Assembly (NCBI RefSeq): GCF_006345805.1
Contig: NC_042997.1
Span: 136,400,001 to 136,464,000, forward strand
DNA length: 64,000 nucleotides
Source: Octopus sinensis
Lineage: Eukaryota
Reading direction: 5' to 3'
Shown: positions 24,905 to 36,653 of the stretch, one piece after another
Numbering within the stretch: position 1 is the stretch's first letter
Layout of the letters: each line of letters starts with the position of its first letter
Notes under the pieces: generated by a model
Told to the model about the DNA's origin: nothing
Seen by the model: only the letters and a program-made list of their open reading frames with translations
Databases searched by the model: none
Made by a program: the position numbers and the translations under genes

Positions 24905-26860
24905 GAAGAGATGGCATTTGAACCAACTCTAAATTATATTTATTTAGCTGTGAATAAACTGAATAACAATAAGTCTTCGGGGCCTGATGGAATCTGCGCA
25001 GAAGTCTTGAAATATGTATGAACTCTTAAATATATTAATTTGTCACTGTTGGAGAACTGAGAAAGTGCTTCAAGACTGAATTCATGCCATCTTAGTCTCC
25101 TTGTATTAACGTGAGCCAAAGGATCTGAATGGTAATTTTTGTGGGATTTCGCTTTTGTCTGTGGTTGAAAAAGTACTTGCCCGCATTTTGTTAGAACGTT
25201 TAAATACCTTCATAGTTCTAAACATAGTGTCTGAGTCTCAGTGTAGTTTTCATTCCTACAGGGTCATAGTTGATTGTATCTTTACTATCAGACAATTTCA
25301 AGAAAAGTGCATTGAACAGAGTCTTGCTCTATAACATTGCTGTGTTGATTTGAGCAAACCACTCGATACTGTTAATCGAAATTCTTTATGGCTAATTCTA
25401 AGGAAAATAGGTTACCCACAAAAATTTGTAGACGTGATTAGGGTTTTACATCAAGATATGAGAGCTAGAGTTAACTTTGGTGGTAGGCTCTCTAAATCTT
25501 TTGCTGTGGAGTAAAGCAAGGAGCTCCTTGATGCACCCATACTCTTTGCGATATACTTTGTTGTTGTGTTGTCACATGCTTTTCAAAACTCTGAAGAGGG
25601 TATTTACATAAAACATCGAACAACAGGGAATGTTTTTAATCTGACCAGACTGAAATTCAAAACAAAGGTTTTTACTTCACTCATAAGGGAACTTTTATAC
25701 GCTGACGATTGCGATCTTGTCACTATTCTGAAACAGGCCTGTAATCTATTGTATCTGCATTTGACTCGGTTTGTGAGGATTTGGGTTTGACCATCAACTT
25801 GAAAAAATAGTTGTAATGCATCAACCTGCATGTGGTGCTGTTTGTAACCCACCACTAAAAATTTTGTTAAGTTACTTGAGGTTGTCGATTCGTTCATCTT
25901 CCTTGGAAGCTCTGTATAAAAGGATTCAGAAATACGGATAAAGAAATTTTCTTGATACAGAAATACAGATGCGAATTCAAAGTGCAGCAAAAGCACTTGG
26001 TGGCTTGGAGTTACGCATTTGGTGCCAGCGACATATAAATAAGCGTACAAAGCTGGCTCTTCACAAATCATTTATCTTACCATCCTTGTTGTATTCTTGT
26101 GAAACATGTATTTGTTATGAAAGGCATTTTAAATTGTTAGAACAATTCCACCAAAAATGCCTTCATCGCAGGCATCACCTCAATTAAAGCTATGATTTTC
26201 AGGGACCAAAGGAAATGGTGTGGTCATATTGTTCGAATGGTGGATGAACGCAGGCCAAGCAGCTGTTTTATGGTGAGCTTGCAGAGGGGAAACGCTATCG
26301 GCGTAAACCTAAAAAAAAGTGTAAGGACGGCATAAGGACTACTATGACGTCATTTGGAATGGATCCAGAAGACATAGAAACCCTTGCTTCGGATTGAGTT
26401 TGATGGCGAACAAAAGTATGGAGTAGAGTGAAAGCATTTGAAGAGGCCAGGATAACGCATGTAAGACTCAAAAAAATATCTAAGGAAGAATGTTACGTCC
26501 GAGAAGGTGAATGACAATGACCTTTTTGTGTGCAGTTTGTGACAGACCATGCCTGTCTTTTGCTGGGCTCAAATCTTATCTGCGAACCCATGGAAAACGA
26601 ACCTTCACCAACTATTCTGCCTATATGACTGTGCACACCTTTGAATACAGTGTATGTCAGAAGGTTTGCAAAACTAACGGAGGCATCAAAAGATCAGAAT
26701 TTATCTGCAGTTCTTGGTGGTCCAAATCGGATGTGCAATCTATGTGGGTGTCTTTTCAGGACATTGTCTGGTTTAAAAAGCCACATCAGATGCCATAATG
26801 GTGCTAAGGTGTAGTTACAGGAGGTGATCAATCTTTACATAAAGAGCAAACAACCACCAT
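24905..26860 (+). mobile_element. RTE-clade LINE, 5'-truncated pseudogene with C-terminal C2H2 fingers
   Basis: KSSGPDGI, GISLLSV, CIFTIRQFQEKCIEQ, VDLSKPLDTV, GNVFNLTRLK, LLYADD (25698-25709); many stops and frameshifts; finger motifs at 26529-26796. Confidence 0.9.
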
Positions 26861-27130
26861 GTGTGAATACGAGAAAGAGAGAAGATATATTGCTTGTTAT
26901 ATACTAGTTATCATTTGACAAATCAGCAAATCGATCTCAATAAATGTCCGATACGCCCTGTACCTATTATCGATCCCAGAAAGATTGGAAACAGAAACCA
27001 GTTAACAAAATACCGCATAGTGACAAATCAGCAAGACATTTTGTTAAATACTCGACTGATTTTATCATCTACTACACACTGTTACAAACACTGTGTGTAT
27101 GTGTAAATATGTGTGTGTACGTATGTACGC

Positions 27131-27173
<43 letters not shown>

Positions 27174-27977
27174 CATGTATGTATGCATGTATATATATAT
27201 ATATATATAAATATGTATGTATGCATGTATGTATGCATGCATGTATATGTGTGTGTGCGTGTGTGTGTGTGTATGTGCGTGAGTGTGTATGTGTGTGTGT
27301 GTGTGTGTGTGTTTATGTTCAGTTGTAAATACAATCTTACATTAATTTACTGGGTTACCCTATACTTTCGTAGAGCACAAATTCATTATTCTTAAACAAG
27401 AATGTTGTTAACAGTGACTTCGAAATTTCGGCCAGCTAAGCAGTCCGACTATGGCTTAACTGGCCCAAAATATATTGTTATATTTTGGGACGGTCATTTT
27501 TTTTTTTTTTTGCTAAATATGCAGACGGCACTAAATATTCGTTCTTCACTTCAGATTTATTATTGTCCTTATTTTATGTCCTTTGTCAGGAAATCTTTCG
27601 TCACACATATGTGACCTCTTCAGAGGTTCCTCCTCCTGTTCTATTTAGCCCGCACAGATATGAGGGCAATTCAAGCTTTCATCTAAAGGACAGGTAGACT
27701 TCAAATGTTTTTCTAGCTTTCAAATGATTTGTCTATTTTAAAAGTACTACCGTTGTTTAAAGTTGGGAATTTTCTCCCCCCCCCCTCTCTCTCTCTCTCT
27801 TTCTCTGTGTTTCTCGTTTACCCGCTCGATCGCTCTTTGTCACTTAATTACACCTATTTCAGTGGAGCCTTGAGAGTTAAGTGTTTCAGATCTGAAATAC
27901 GTATTCATGATAGAGACTACTAAACACTTGGCAAATAGTGTAACACGATAGTTCACTAAGCTTTCCATGACAACCAG

Positions 27978-28083
<106 letters not shown>

Positions 28084-29034
28084 AAGGGATCTCCCAAAAG
28101 TAATGTAGGAATGGACGTAATTATTTTATTATCTGATATATGCCGTTCAAATGGTACTGGCTGGTTGAGTAACTCTTCCTCTACAAAAACTCTCCTCTCT
28201 GTTCGTCTTTATTGCATGATAACAATTTGTATGGAGGAAGAGATTTTCTACCAAATTCTGCAATTCAAACGACTTTTATCAGGCAATAAAAAAATAATAC
28301 CCACTTTGCCGTACAGTTCTAGTCGAAACAATCTTTGTACAAACTTCATCATCTTTTTTGAATCCTCAAACATAAGTATAGTCACAGTTATACACACAAA
28401 TATACTCATACACATACATATATGAGGGTATGACGAATATATATGTTTTGATGTGAAATTATGCACATATGTATTCATATGTATGTGTGTGTGTATATAT
28501 ATATATATGTGTGTGTGTATGTGTGTATGTATGTATATATACATATATATATACATACACTACGGGCCTCTCCACAGTCTCAGCCTAAAAGCTTGCAATG
28601 TGAACTTCTAAATTATACGGAGAATATACGTGCGTACGCGCGCGTGTGTGTGCATGCACGCGGTCATATCTCGGACGTAAAGTAAATCGAGCGGCAGAAC
28701 CTCCCGCGTGGTTACAAACACTTTCTTGCCATAAATGCAATGCTGAAACCACATCATTTATTCGATTTGATAACATGACGTTTCCATTTCTATGGCGATT
28801 CAGAACTCTTTATACGTAAGTCATTAAGCTTAACAATACAATGAATCACAAGAGTTAATAAAAGAAATAAAAATGATTGCAATTAGAAGAAAACCAGAAA
28901 AGGTACGGAAAACAGACATAAGAAAGATCAACGTGTCGACGTAGAATGAGTAGAATAAAGAAAAGGAAGATAAGGAACATAAACGAAAAATAAGTATATT
29001 ATGTGAATATGTTATATATATATAATATATGTTA

Positions 29035-29074
<40 letters not shown>

Positions 29075-29091
29075 ATATATATATATATATA

Positions 29092-29469
29092 TCTCTATAT
29101 AAACGGCAGTTTGTCTGTGCGTGTTTCTGTGTGTCTGTTTGCTTGTACCCTCACTCTGACCACGGCTTTCAACCGATTCTGATGAAACTTGACACACACA
29201 TAGCCCAATGTCATAATTCAATCTAACGCGGCGAAAATTTTGAAAAGTTCCCCCAGTTCTGAAAAAATCGATAAATTCGACATGGGGTCGAGAATCAAAA
29301 AAATAAACCACAGACTGTCTAGGGGACGCAACTCAACCTTTTTTACTCTCAAAAAAAAATTTACCATAATTTTTTTTCTATTTTTTTGCTATTTTTGGCT
29401 ATAACTCTCTAAAAATGCTTTATAGTTATTTCCCTTACAAACCTGAGCAACGCCGGGCGATACTGCTAG
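29092..29469 (+). mobile_element. Non-autonomous Helitron
   Basis: 5' TC, 3' cctgagcaacgccggg hairpin plus CTAG; last ~70 bp nearly identical to the end of 1925-2430. Confidence 0.8.
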
Positions 29470-29493
29470 TATATATATATATATATATTATAT

Positions 29494-29527
<34 letters not shown>

Positions 29528-29929
29528 ATATATATTGTTATATTTCGGAATGGTCATATTGCCAGTTTAGCCAATAAAAACACACGCACTATATATTTGG
29601 TGTTATTTTGCTTCGGTGATATTTATTTTTTACATTAATCTTAATCTTATTTCGGCCAAAGTTCTTTCGTAACACTCCTGTGACCGCATCAGTGGTCCTT
29701 TGTTTTCTTCTCACTTATTTGTGTCTCTCCTTACTAACCGTCAGCCATTTTGTATTTCTATTGTATGTCTTCATTTGCGCATGCTTATATCTCTATGTGC
29801 GTCTATGTTTATTTAGTGTGGGGGGGATGCCTGTAATATTTGTATCTTCTGTTTATATCTGTTTCAACACACGACTTCACATAAAAAATCTTGCACAACA
29901 AATATTTAAACGTATATATAAACTGAATG

Positions 29930-30745
29930 CAATACCCAATGAATACACTGGACCCGGAGGGATTGCAATCCCAGAGGTACAATCAGTGCGTGACCTGGGT
30001 ATTCACATGAGTGATGACGCGACCTTTCATGTACATGTTGCTAAACTGACAATGAAATGTAGACGGCTGGCTGGATGGATTCTTAGAACCTTTAGAACAA
30101 GAGAACAAGAAACCATGATGGTCCTCTGGAAGACACTTGTCCTAAGCCACTTTGACTATTGCTCTCAGCTATGGTCACCATCCAGTGTCAAGTTGATCAC
30201 AGAACTTGAGGCGATCCAACGAAGCTACACGAAGAAGATAGCCTCTATGCAGAATGTAAGCTACTGGGAAAGACTCAAGAGATTAAAATTATATTCCCTG
30301 GAGCGTAGGCGGGAAAGATATGCCATAATATACATCTGGAAGATCCTGGAGGGAAGTGTCCTGAACTTTGGCATCGAGAGTTACGCAAATGCCAGAACTG
30401 GGCGCCACTGCGTGGTGCCTAGGACTCCAAACCTGCCATCAAGATGTAGGACAAGATTCTGTGATAGCCTGGGCTTCCGAGGCCCACAGCTCTTCAATAT
30501 CCTCCCGAAGAACCTGAGAGACCTGCATGGGTGGATACAGATGTCTTTAAAATGAAGCTGGATCTCTTCCTGTCAGGTGTCCCAGATGAACCAACTTCAC
30601 GGCAGGAGGGGCAGATGAGGGCAGCTGCATCGAACTCTCTCATGCACCAAATAGCAGTTGCTAGAAAGCCTCCATGAAGTGAAACCAAGTAGCAACACCA
30701 AATGGCGGTGCCCCAGCATGGCCACAGCTCATAAGCTGAAACTAG

Positions 30746-30784
<39 letters not shown>
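29930..30784 (+). mobile_element. CR1-like LINE, 5'-truncated, young-looking 3' end
   Basis: VRDLGIHMS...HFDYCSQLWSP...LEAIQRSYTK...YWERLKRLKLYSLERRRER...GPQLFNILP; 1-bp frameshift near 30530; stem-loop tail and (TCAA)n at 30748-30784. Confidence 0.85.
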
Positions 30785-30842
<58 letters not shown>

Positions 30843-30852
30843 TATATATATA

Positions 30853-31065
30853 ACGGGAAGCTTTATGAAAATAGACAAAAGACGAAGGCAGGTGGAGTAC
30901 AAACAAACAATTGTATTAGTATGGCGCTCAGGAATATAAATAAAACAAGTATTTTACGTTTCGAGCCTACGCTCTTCAACAGAAAGATACACAGAAAAGA
31001 AACACAGAAAGAAACAAGGAGAGAAAAAAAATGCGTGCAGAGGTTAGCGAATCAACATGGCGATA
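30853..31065 (-). mobile_element. Penelope-type terminal repeat with hammerhead-like motif at 30952-30986
   Basis: tcttt-CTGTTGA-a-GAGC-gtag-GCTC-GAAA-cgt-a-aaa; lies immediately downstream of a same-strand GIY-YIG-like remnant. Confidence 0.65.
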
Positions 31066-31099
31066 TAGGCAACAGTTATTTTACGGGTTAATCAGATAA

Positions 31100-31420
31100 G
31101 GGTGGTACAACCTGCTGCTGTAACAGAAGCTCCTCAAAGATACTTCCTGAAAATCTCTGTTTTTGTGTTCTAATGGAGGTCAAGAATATGCAGATTATTA
31201 AGGATTTGTCCTTCATCTGCTTTGCAAAGATCACATCTTTTACTTCCAGGCGTTTGCTTTTTCAATAATCTTCTATTTACTGTTGTGTTTGCAAGCTTAG
31301 TTTTTCAATTGCTGTTTGCAGTCGGTTAATCTTGTCACATTTGCCTTTTCGATGTAACTAAAACAAGATGAAAGTTTGTTGAATCTTTGATCTTCCTTTA
31401 GGACATGCCTACCATATACG
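31100..31420 (-). mobile_element. Penelope-like GIY-YIG C-terminus remnant
   Basis: KIIEKAN...PGSKRCDLCKADEGQILNN...NTKTEIFRK resembles the CxLC...LNKxxE end of Penelope-like ORFs. Confidence 0.55.
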
Positions 31421-32175
31421 TATAACGTCATTGCTTGGTTTTATACAAGTAACTCTTTTTTTTCATAAACTTAGACCCAAGAGCCTCAAAAACGAACCTC
31501 ATAGAACTAACACTAAATTCCAAAAATATAAAATGTCTTCCAATCGAAACAGGAATACGACATTAAGCAACTTAATCTCAAAATTCCGTCAAAGCTAGAA
31601 GACCGGTTTCCCATTTTCCCCCTCACATCTGTTGTTGAAACATTCACATTACTTTGTTATTAGTACTTTGATTCCTCTTATATTCGTAAATCATATTTTT
31701 TTTTACTTTTTCTACTATTGTTCTATATTTTATTTTCGGTAATTTATATTTTTAGCCTCCGTGCATGCCAATTATTATACTGATAAGAAGAATTGCTCAT
31801 TTTTCCTATCTAAAGGCTCTGCAACCTTAACAGAAGCGAAATTATTCAAAATCTTGTATCAAAATGTAAGAATAAACTGTATGGTTTAGCGTTTGCATTT
31901 ATAGTAGAAAGTTATGAATGGTAATGATGAGAATTCTACGGTTCATATGAGTACGTATATAAATGTTTGTGTGTGTTTATGTGTGGTGGGTGCAAAGCAA
32001 TACAAAACTTAGAACTCTATGAAATCATTGATAGGCTTGGGATGTCGATAACAAAGTGTCCAAGTCTTTCTATGCCACTTGCTGACTCGAGAGAATGCAA
32101 GCCAAATTCAACTCGTCTTCAATATCTACTGCTCTACTGTAGATATATAGATAGACAGACAGACAGATAGATAGG

Positions 32176-32264
<89 letters not shown>

Positions 32265-32659
32265 GGATAGATGGATGGATGGATGGATGGATGAATGGAT
32301 ATAAATGTATCTGACGGTGCATAAATGATTTTATATATATGGGAGTATATATATAAACATAATTAGTGCATGCATATACATATGCATGTATGTATGTATG
32401 TATGTATGTATGTATGTATGTATGTATGTATGTATATATGTATGTATGTATGTATGTATATATACGCATATACACACACACGCACTTACCTCACACTAAT
32501 CGAACTATGAAAACAGGGCAGCGAGAACGGGAACAGGAAATGATCCAGAATAGCTATTTGTGAAGGGGAGGGTGTGAACTGCCGACCAGTTAGTTACACA
32601 GATCGCTGGTGTGTATAAAGAAATAAAGACGTTAACCAGAGAATAATTAGAAGGCGATA

Positions 32660-32880
32660 AGACAGATTGTCGTGGGATGGAGTGCTGGTGAGATAACTTG
32701 GCCTTGTCCTACTTCTACCTGGACCATCTCCAGGGGAAACGATTTGAGACACTGACGAGGTTATATTTGTTGTGAAGAAGGGGATACAACAGTGCAATTT
32801 TTCAAAAGAGGATTCGAGAGCTGAGGTCCTACGATGGCACAAATACATCGCATGTGATGGAGACTACGTCGTGCATGGAA
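32660..32880 (+). mobile_element. Mariner transposase 3' remnant
   Basis: DNLALSYFYL...LQGKRFE and LRWHKYIACDGDYV. Confidence 0.65.
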
Positions 32881-34489
32881 GAAGAATCTTCTACTATTAT
32901 ATGCGATTTTAACAACCTATTACTTACTAAAAAAATATGATTATTTTTGCATTATTTTGTAGACAACCTTTATATTTGAGGGCATGCTAAAAATTTGGAA
33001 AGCTGATACTATTTTTAAATTATTTTACATTATCTAATTATTGACTTTTCAAGAAAAAATCTTTATTCTACTAAACACACGAGTGAAATTTATTATTTTA
33101 TATAATTAGATTTAATTCTTGAAAGATTCTGACCAAAAAATACCTCTATTCCATTTGCAACGACATACTTATGTATAAGCGGGTAAGTGAGTAAATTTGT
33201 TTGAGTTTGATTGAAGAAATGAAACAGTTGAAAACAATTTTATTTTAAGTAGCAACTTAAATGCAAATGAAGCGCATACTATTTCAGTAGAAATGCTCGT
33301 CTGACAATATAACAAAAAACACTGAACAGAATAAACAATGAGAATCGAACTACGTGCTCGCCAATTCCCGCAGGCTGAGGTACCCACCACACCACGGTAA
33401 CCACTACAACTTTGTAGCACCTCTCTCTCACTCTCTCTCTCTCTCATTCACTCTCTCTCGCACTCACTCTCTTCCTCTCTCTTTACACATACACAAAGTT
33501 GATTGCGGCTCATGCGGTTTGAGAAGTAATTGACCGAAAATGTACTGAATACTGTTATGTAGAGTGGAATAATAACGTCATTTACACAAAGCTGTGCTTG
33601 CGTGAGTTGCTGTTTGAAGTTTCTCGGTCTGAGTCCTCAGGCGGCTAAATTTATGCACTTGGAAGCTTTTCATTATATGTAGAATAACTGTAGTTATGGA
33701 TCAACTGACATAGTTGAAGACCTCAGTAGGGTCTATTAGTTACATGTAGACAGGAAACAATGATTAGAGGATAGGGAAAAAAACAGCAAGAGAAAGAAAA
33801 AAATAAGAGCTAGATGCCTGAGTAAAAGCAAAAGAAAAAGGAATAAAACACATATAGAAGAAAGAGTAGAAGAAGAATTAAGCTAAGTTGGAGAAGATTG
33901 TGAAGAACACGAAACAGAACATCAGGAAGAGGAAAAAGAAAAAGAGGAAAAATGAAGCTTAAGTGAGAGATAAAGGTGTGGAACAGAGAAAATATGTGCA
34001 GACGAAAGAGAAGAAGAAAGAGACGAAAGAGGAATGGATAAGAAAGAAGGATAAGATTTTTTAAAAATTGCAGACAAAAAGAAAATAGCCAAAAAGCATT
34101 TTTAGACATTTATTCAAATTTATCAGCAGTTTTAAACATAAAAGTCAATTTTATTTATTGGAGTGTGAAGAATTCTAATGTAAGTGTTATTTATGCTTTT
34201 TTTGTTAGTTGAAGTCAAATATAAAGTTGCTAATAGATTGTCTTATGTTCAGATTAATTGCCTATTTTAATGGAGTGTAATGGGTCGGGGAACTGTTGCT
34301 TAACGGTATAACGGACGGTTTCTCAACACACACAAACACAGACTTCCTTCACCCTCATATGTATATAAATATATATCACTATATCACTGTATCGACCACA
34401 CTATCGAGTGTTGCAACACACCACAGCTCACAATGTGCTTCCTCCCATTGTTGTCGCTTTTGGATGGTGTCAGCCCACATGCTGGGCGG

Positions 34490-34590
34490 TAAGACAAACA
34501 ACCCCTCTAAACGGAACGCCAGTCCGTCGCAGGGTTTCTCATTTACAGCTCGGTGGACTGGAACAACGGGAAATGAAGTGTTTTACGTCT
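34490..34590 (-). mobile_element. SINE family B (tail type 2) fragment
   Basis: Reverse complement matches aaaacacttcatttcacgttgctccagtccac...ctgcgatggactggcgt of 49667-49912. Confidence 0.65.
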
Positions 34591-34817
34591 TGAATTGAAA
34601 CAGTTGTAAGGGAAGGAATATTTGTCAATTTTTTAGTTAATAAATAATAATTTATTAATTACCTCTCTATTTTCTTATCTTATATATGTATATATATATA
34701 TATAATTTCTAGTGATGCTGGTGCTTACTAGCACCCTGTCACTTTAGTGACAACTATACTTATTGCTTATCAGTTCTAGATTGTGAACAGCCACCTTTAT
34801 AGTTTAAATATATATAT

Positions 34818-34851
<34 letters not shown>

Positions 34852-34855
<4 letters not shown>

Positions 34856-35574
34856 GTGATTGAAAAGTAACTTCCTATTTTAAAATACTTATAATTTATT
34901 TATTGACTATAATTTTTTTTTAAAAAACGAATATGTAAAGAAAGTGTATAGCATGGAATTTTATTTAAAATTTGATATAGGCATCAGCATTCACCACCAG
35001 CTTCTGAAGCCGCTCGGGAACCACATCAACTGATTTTATCAGGAACTCTTCTGGAATGAAAGACATAACTTCTCGTATTCACCCTTCAAGTTCTTCCAAA
35101 GTCATTGGTTTGGTAGAGAAAACTTCCTCCTTTAACCAACCCCAAAGAAAACAGTCGCAGGGTGTTAAATCAGGGCTTCTGCCCAGCCAGTCATGCGGAC
35201 CTTGATGAATTGGAAGGACGACCACTTCAAGTATCAGCTACAAATCCTGTAGTCATGAATTTTGCATGGTAATTCTTGATTATCTTTGCATCAACTTGAA
35301 CATGTCTTCCTCTAATGGCCCTCCACCATCTTTGCACTTGAACAACTGATCTCAAAACTTCGTAATGTGCAGCTAGCTGGGCACGCTGCTGCACAGTAAA
35401 ACATCCAGCCATGTTTGTAGGGCTTCTAAATTTCAAACAAAATAATAAATCTGAAAAGAAAAACAACATGGAATCAATTCCCATACATTAAAGAACATAC
35501 ACAACAAATCAGAGAAAACTTATAGTTAATAAATAAATTATAAGCATTTTAAAATAGGGAGTACTTTCCAATCA

Positions 35575-35579
<5 letters not shown>
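34852..35579 (-). mobile_element. Internally deleted Tc1/mariner DDxD-type (maT/rosa-like) element, 728 bp
   Basis: ~60-bp TIRs (ca[c/t]agtgattg[g/a]aaagta...), TA flanks; N-terminus MAGCFTVQQRAQLAAHYEV fused to C-terminus SPDLTPCDCFLWGWLKEEVF. Confidence 0.85.
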
Positions 35580-35641
<62 letters not shown>

Positions 35642-35651
35642 ATATATATAT

Positions 35652-35970
35652 GGAAAAAGTCAAGGTAGAAAATGCTAAAATAATTTTATAAAAAACATTT
35701 CAGTACCGGTTTCAGTCATTGAGACTTTTCAACTGTAAGTATGGGAAACAATTAAATTTTGGAAAAATTAAAAGAAAGCGACAGGCAGAAACAAGGAAAA
35801 TGCCCCTTGTATTTGAATACAATGCAAATATTCTTTTAAAAAACTTTTCTTTTCATTTTTCCATAATTTGTTTACCATACTTACAGTTGAAAAAGTCTCA
35901 ATGAATGGAACAGGTACTGAAATTTCTTTTTATAAAATTACTTTAGCGTTTCTACCTTGACTTTTTTTCC
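35652..35970. mobile_element. 319-bp foldback element with ~125-bp inverted arms, each carrying a hammerhead-like motif
   Basis: 35652-~35778 pairs with ~35845-35970; flanked by (TA)n. Confidence 0.8.
35698..35738 (-). ncRNA. Minimal type-I hammerhead-like motif with U3-A8 core variant
   Basis: TTACAG-TTGAAAA-GTC-tcaat-GAC-t-GAAA-CCGGT-A-CTGAAA; stem I 5/6 bp, palindromic ACCGGT stem III, GUA triplet. Degraded mirror copy at 35881-35921 (+). Confidence 0.5.
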
Positions 35971-36017
35971 ATATATATCAACTCTTGCGTTCTTTTCAAC
36001 CTTCTACATAAGACACA

Positions 36018-36099
<82 letters not shown>

Positions 36100-36620
36100 G
36101 AACCAAGCCAGCAGGTTAAAATGTGGCTATAAGGGGAATCCAAGAGAGCAGATATGGGGACAATGATTCAAATAAACAGAAAAAGCCTTGAGTCTTAATG
36201 TACAATATATATATAATTACATGTATGCGTGTAAAAAAATGAAAGCAGACTCAAAATTTTCAGGTGATAAACAATCAGGTGAAAATATATATATACATAT
36301 ATCTAAAATTTTATAGGGCTAACTTACTCAGATTACATAGACTCAAAGAATTAGAGGTGGGAAGGTGTTAAAAGTCCGATAGCTGTTTCTGAAAGCTTGG
36401 AATTGCTTTATAATGTTGGCAGATGTAGTTCATCAAACATTTGCAGTAAGTAATGGAAGCAAACAAACCAATGTTTACATGTATACATGTATATATATTT
36501 TGAACATTAAAATACGAGTCTTTATTTGTTTATTTGAATTATTCTTTCTCTCTCTCTCTCTCTCTCACTCACTCTCTCTCTCACTCACTCTCTCTCTCTC
36601 ACTACTCTCTCTCTCTCTCA

Positions 36621-36653
<33 letters not shown>

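Noticed and set aside
27590-27693. Open 104-nt plus-strand exon candidate
   Set aside because: Weak donor (gtagac), no linked exons and no recognisable peptide.
29640-29700. Minus-strand CTGATGC ... GGCC-GAAA hammerhead-like string
   Set aside because: A9 is substituted and no stem I pairing was found.
29680-29930. N-terminal part of the 291-aa ORF
   Set aside because: Hydrophobic low-complexity read-through upstream of the truncated LINE; LINE similarity starts only near 29930.
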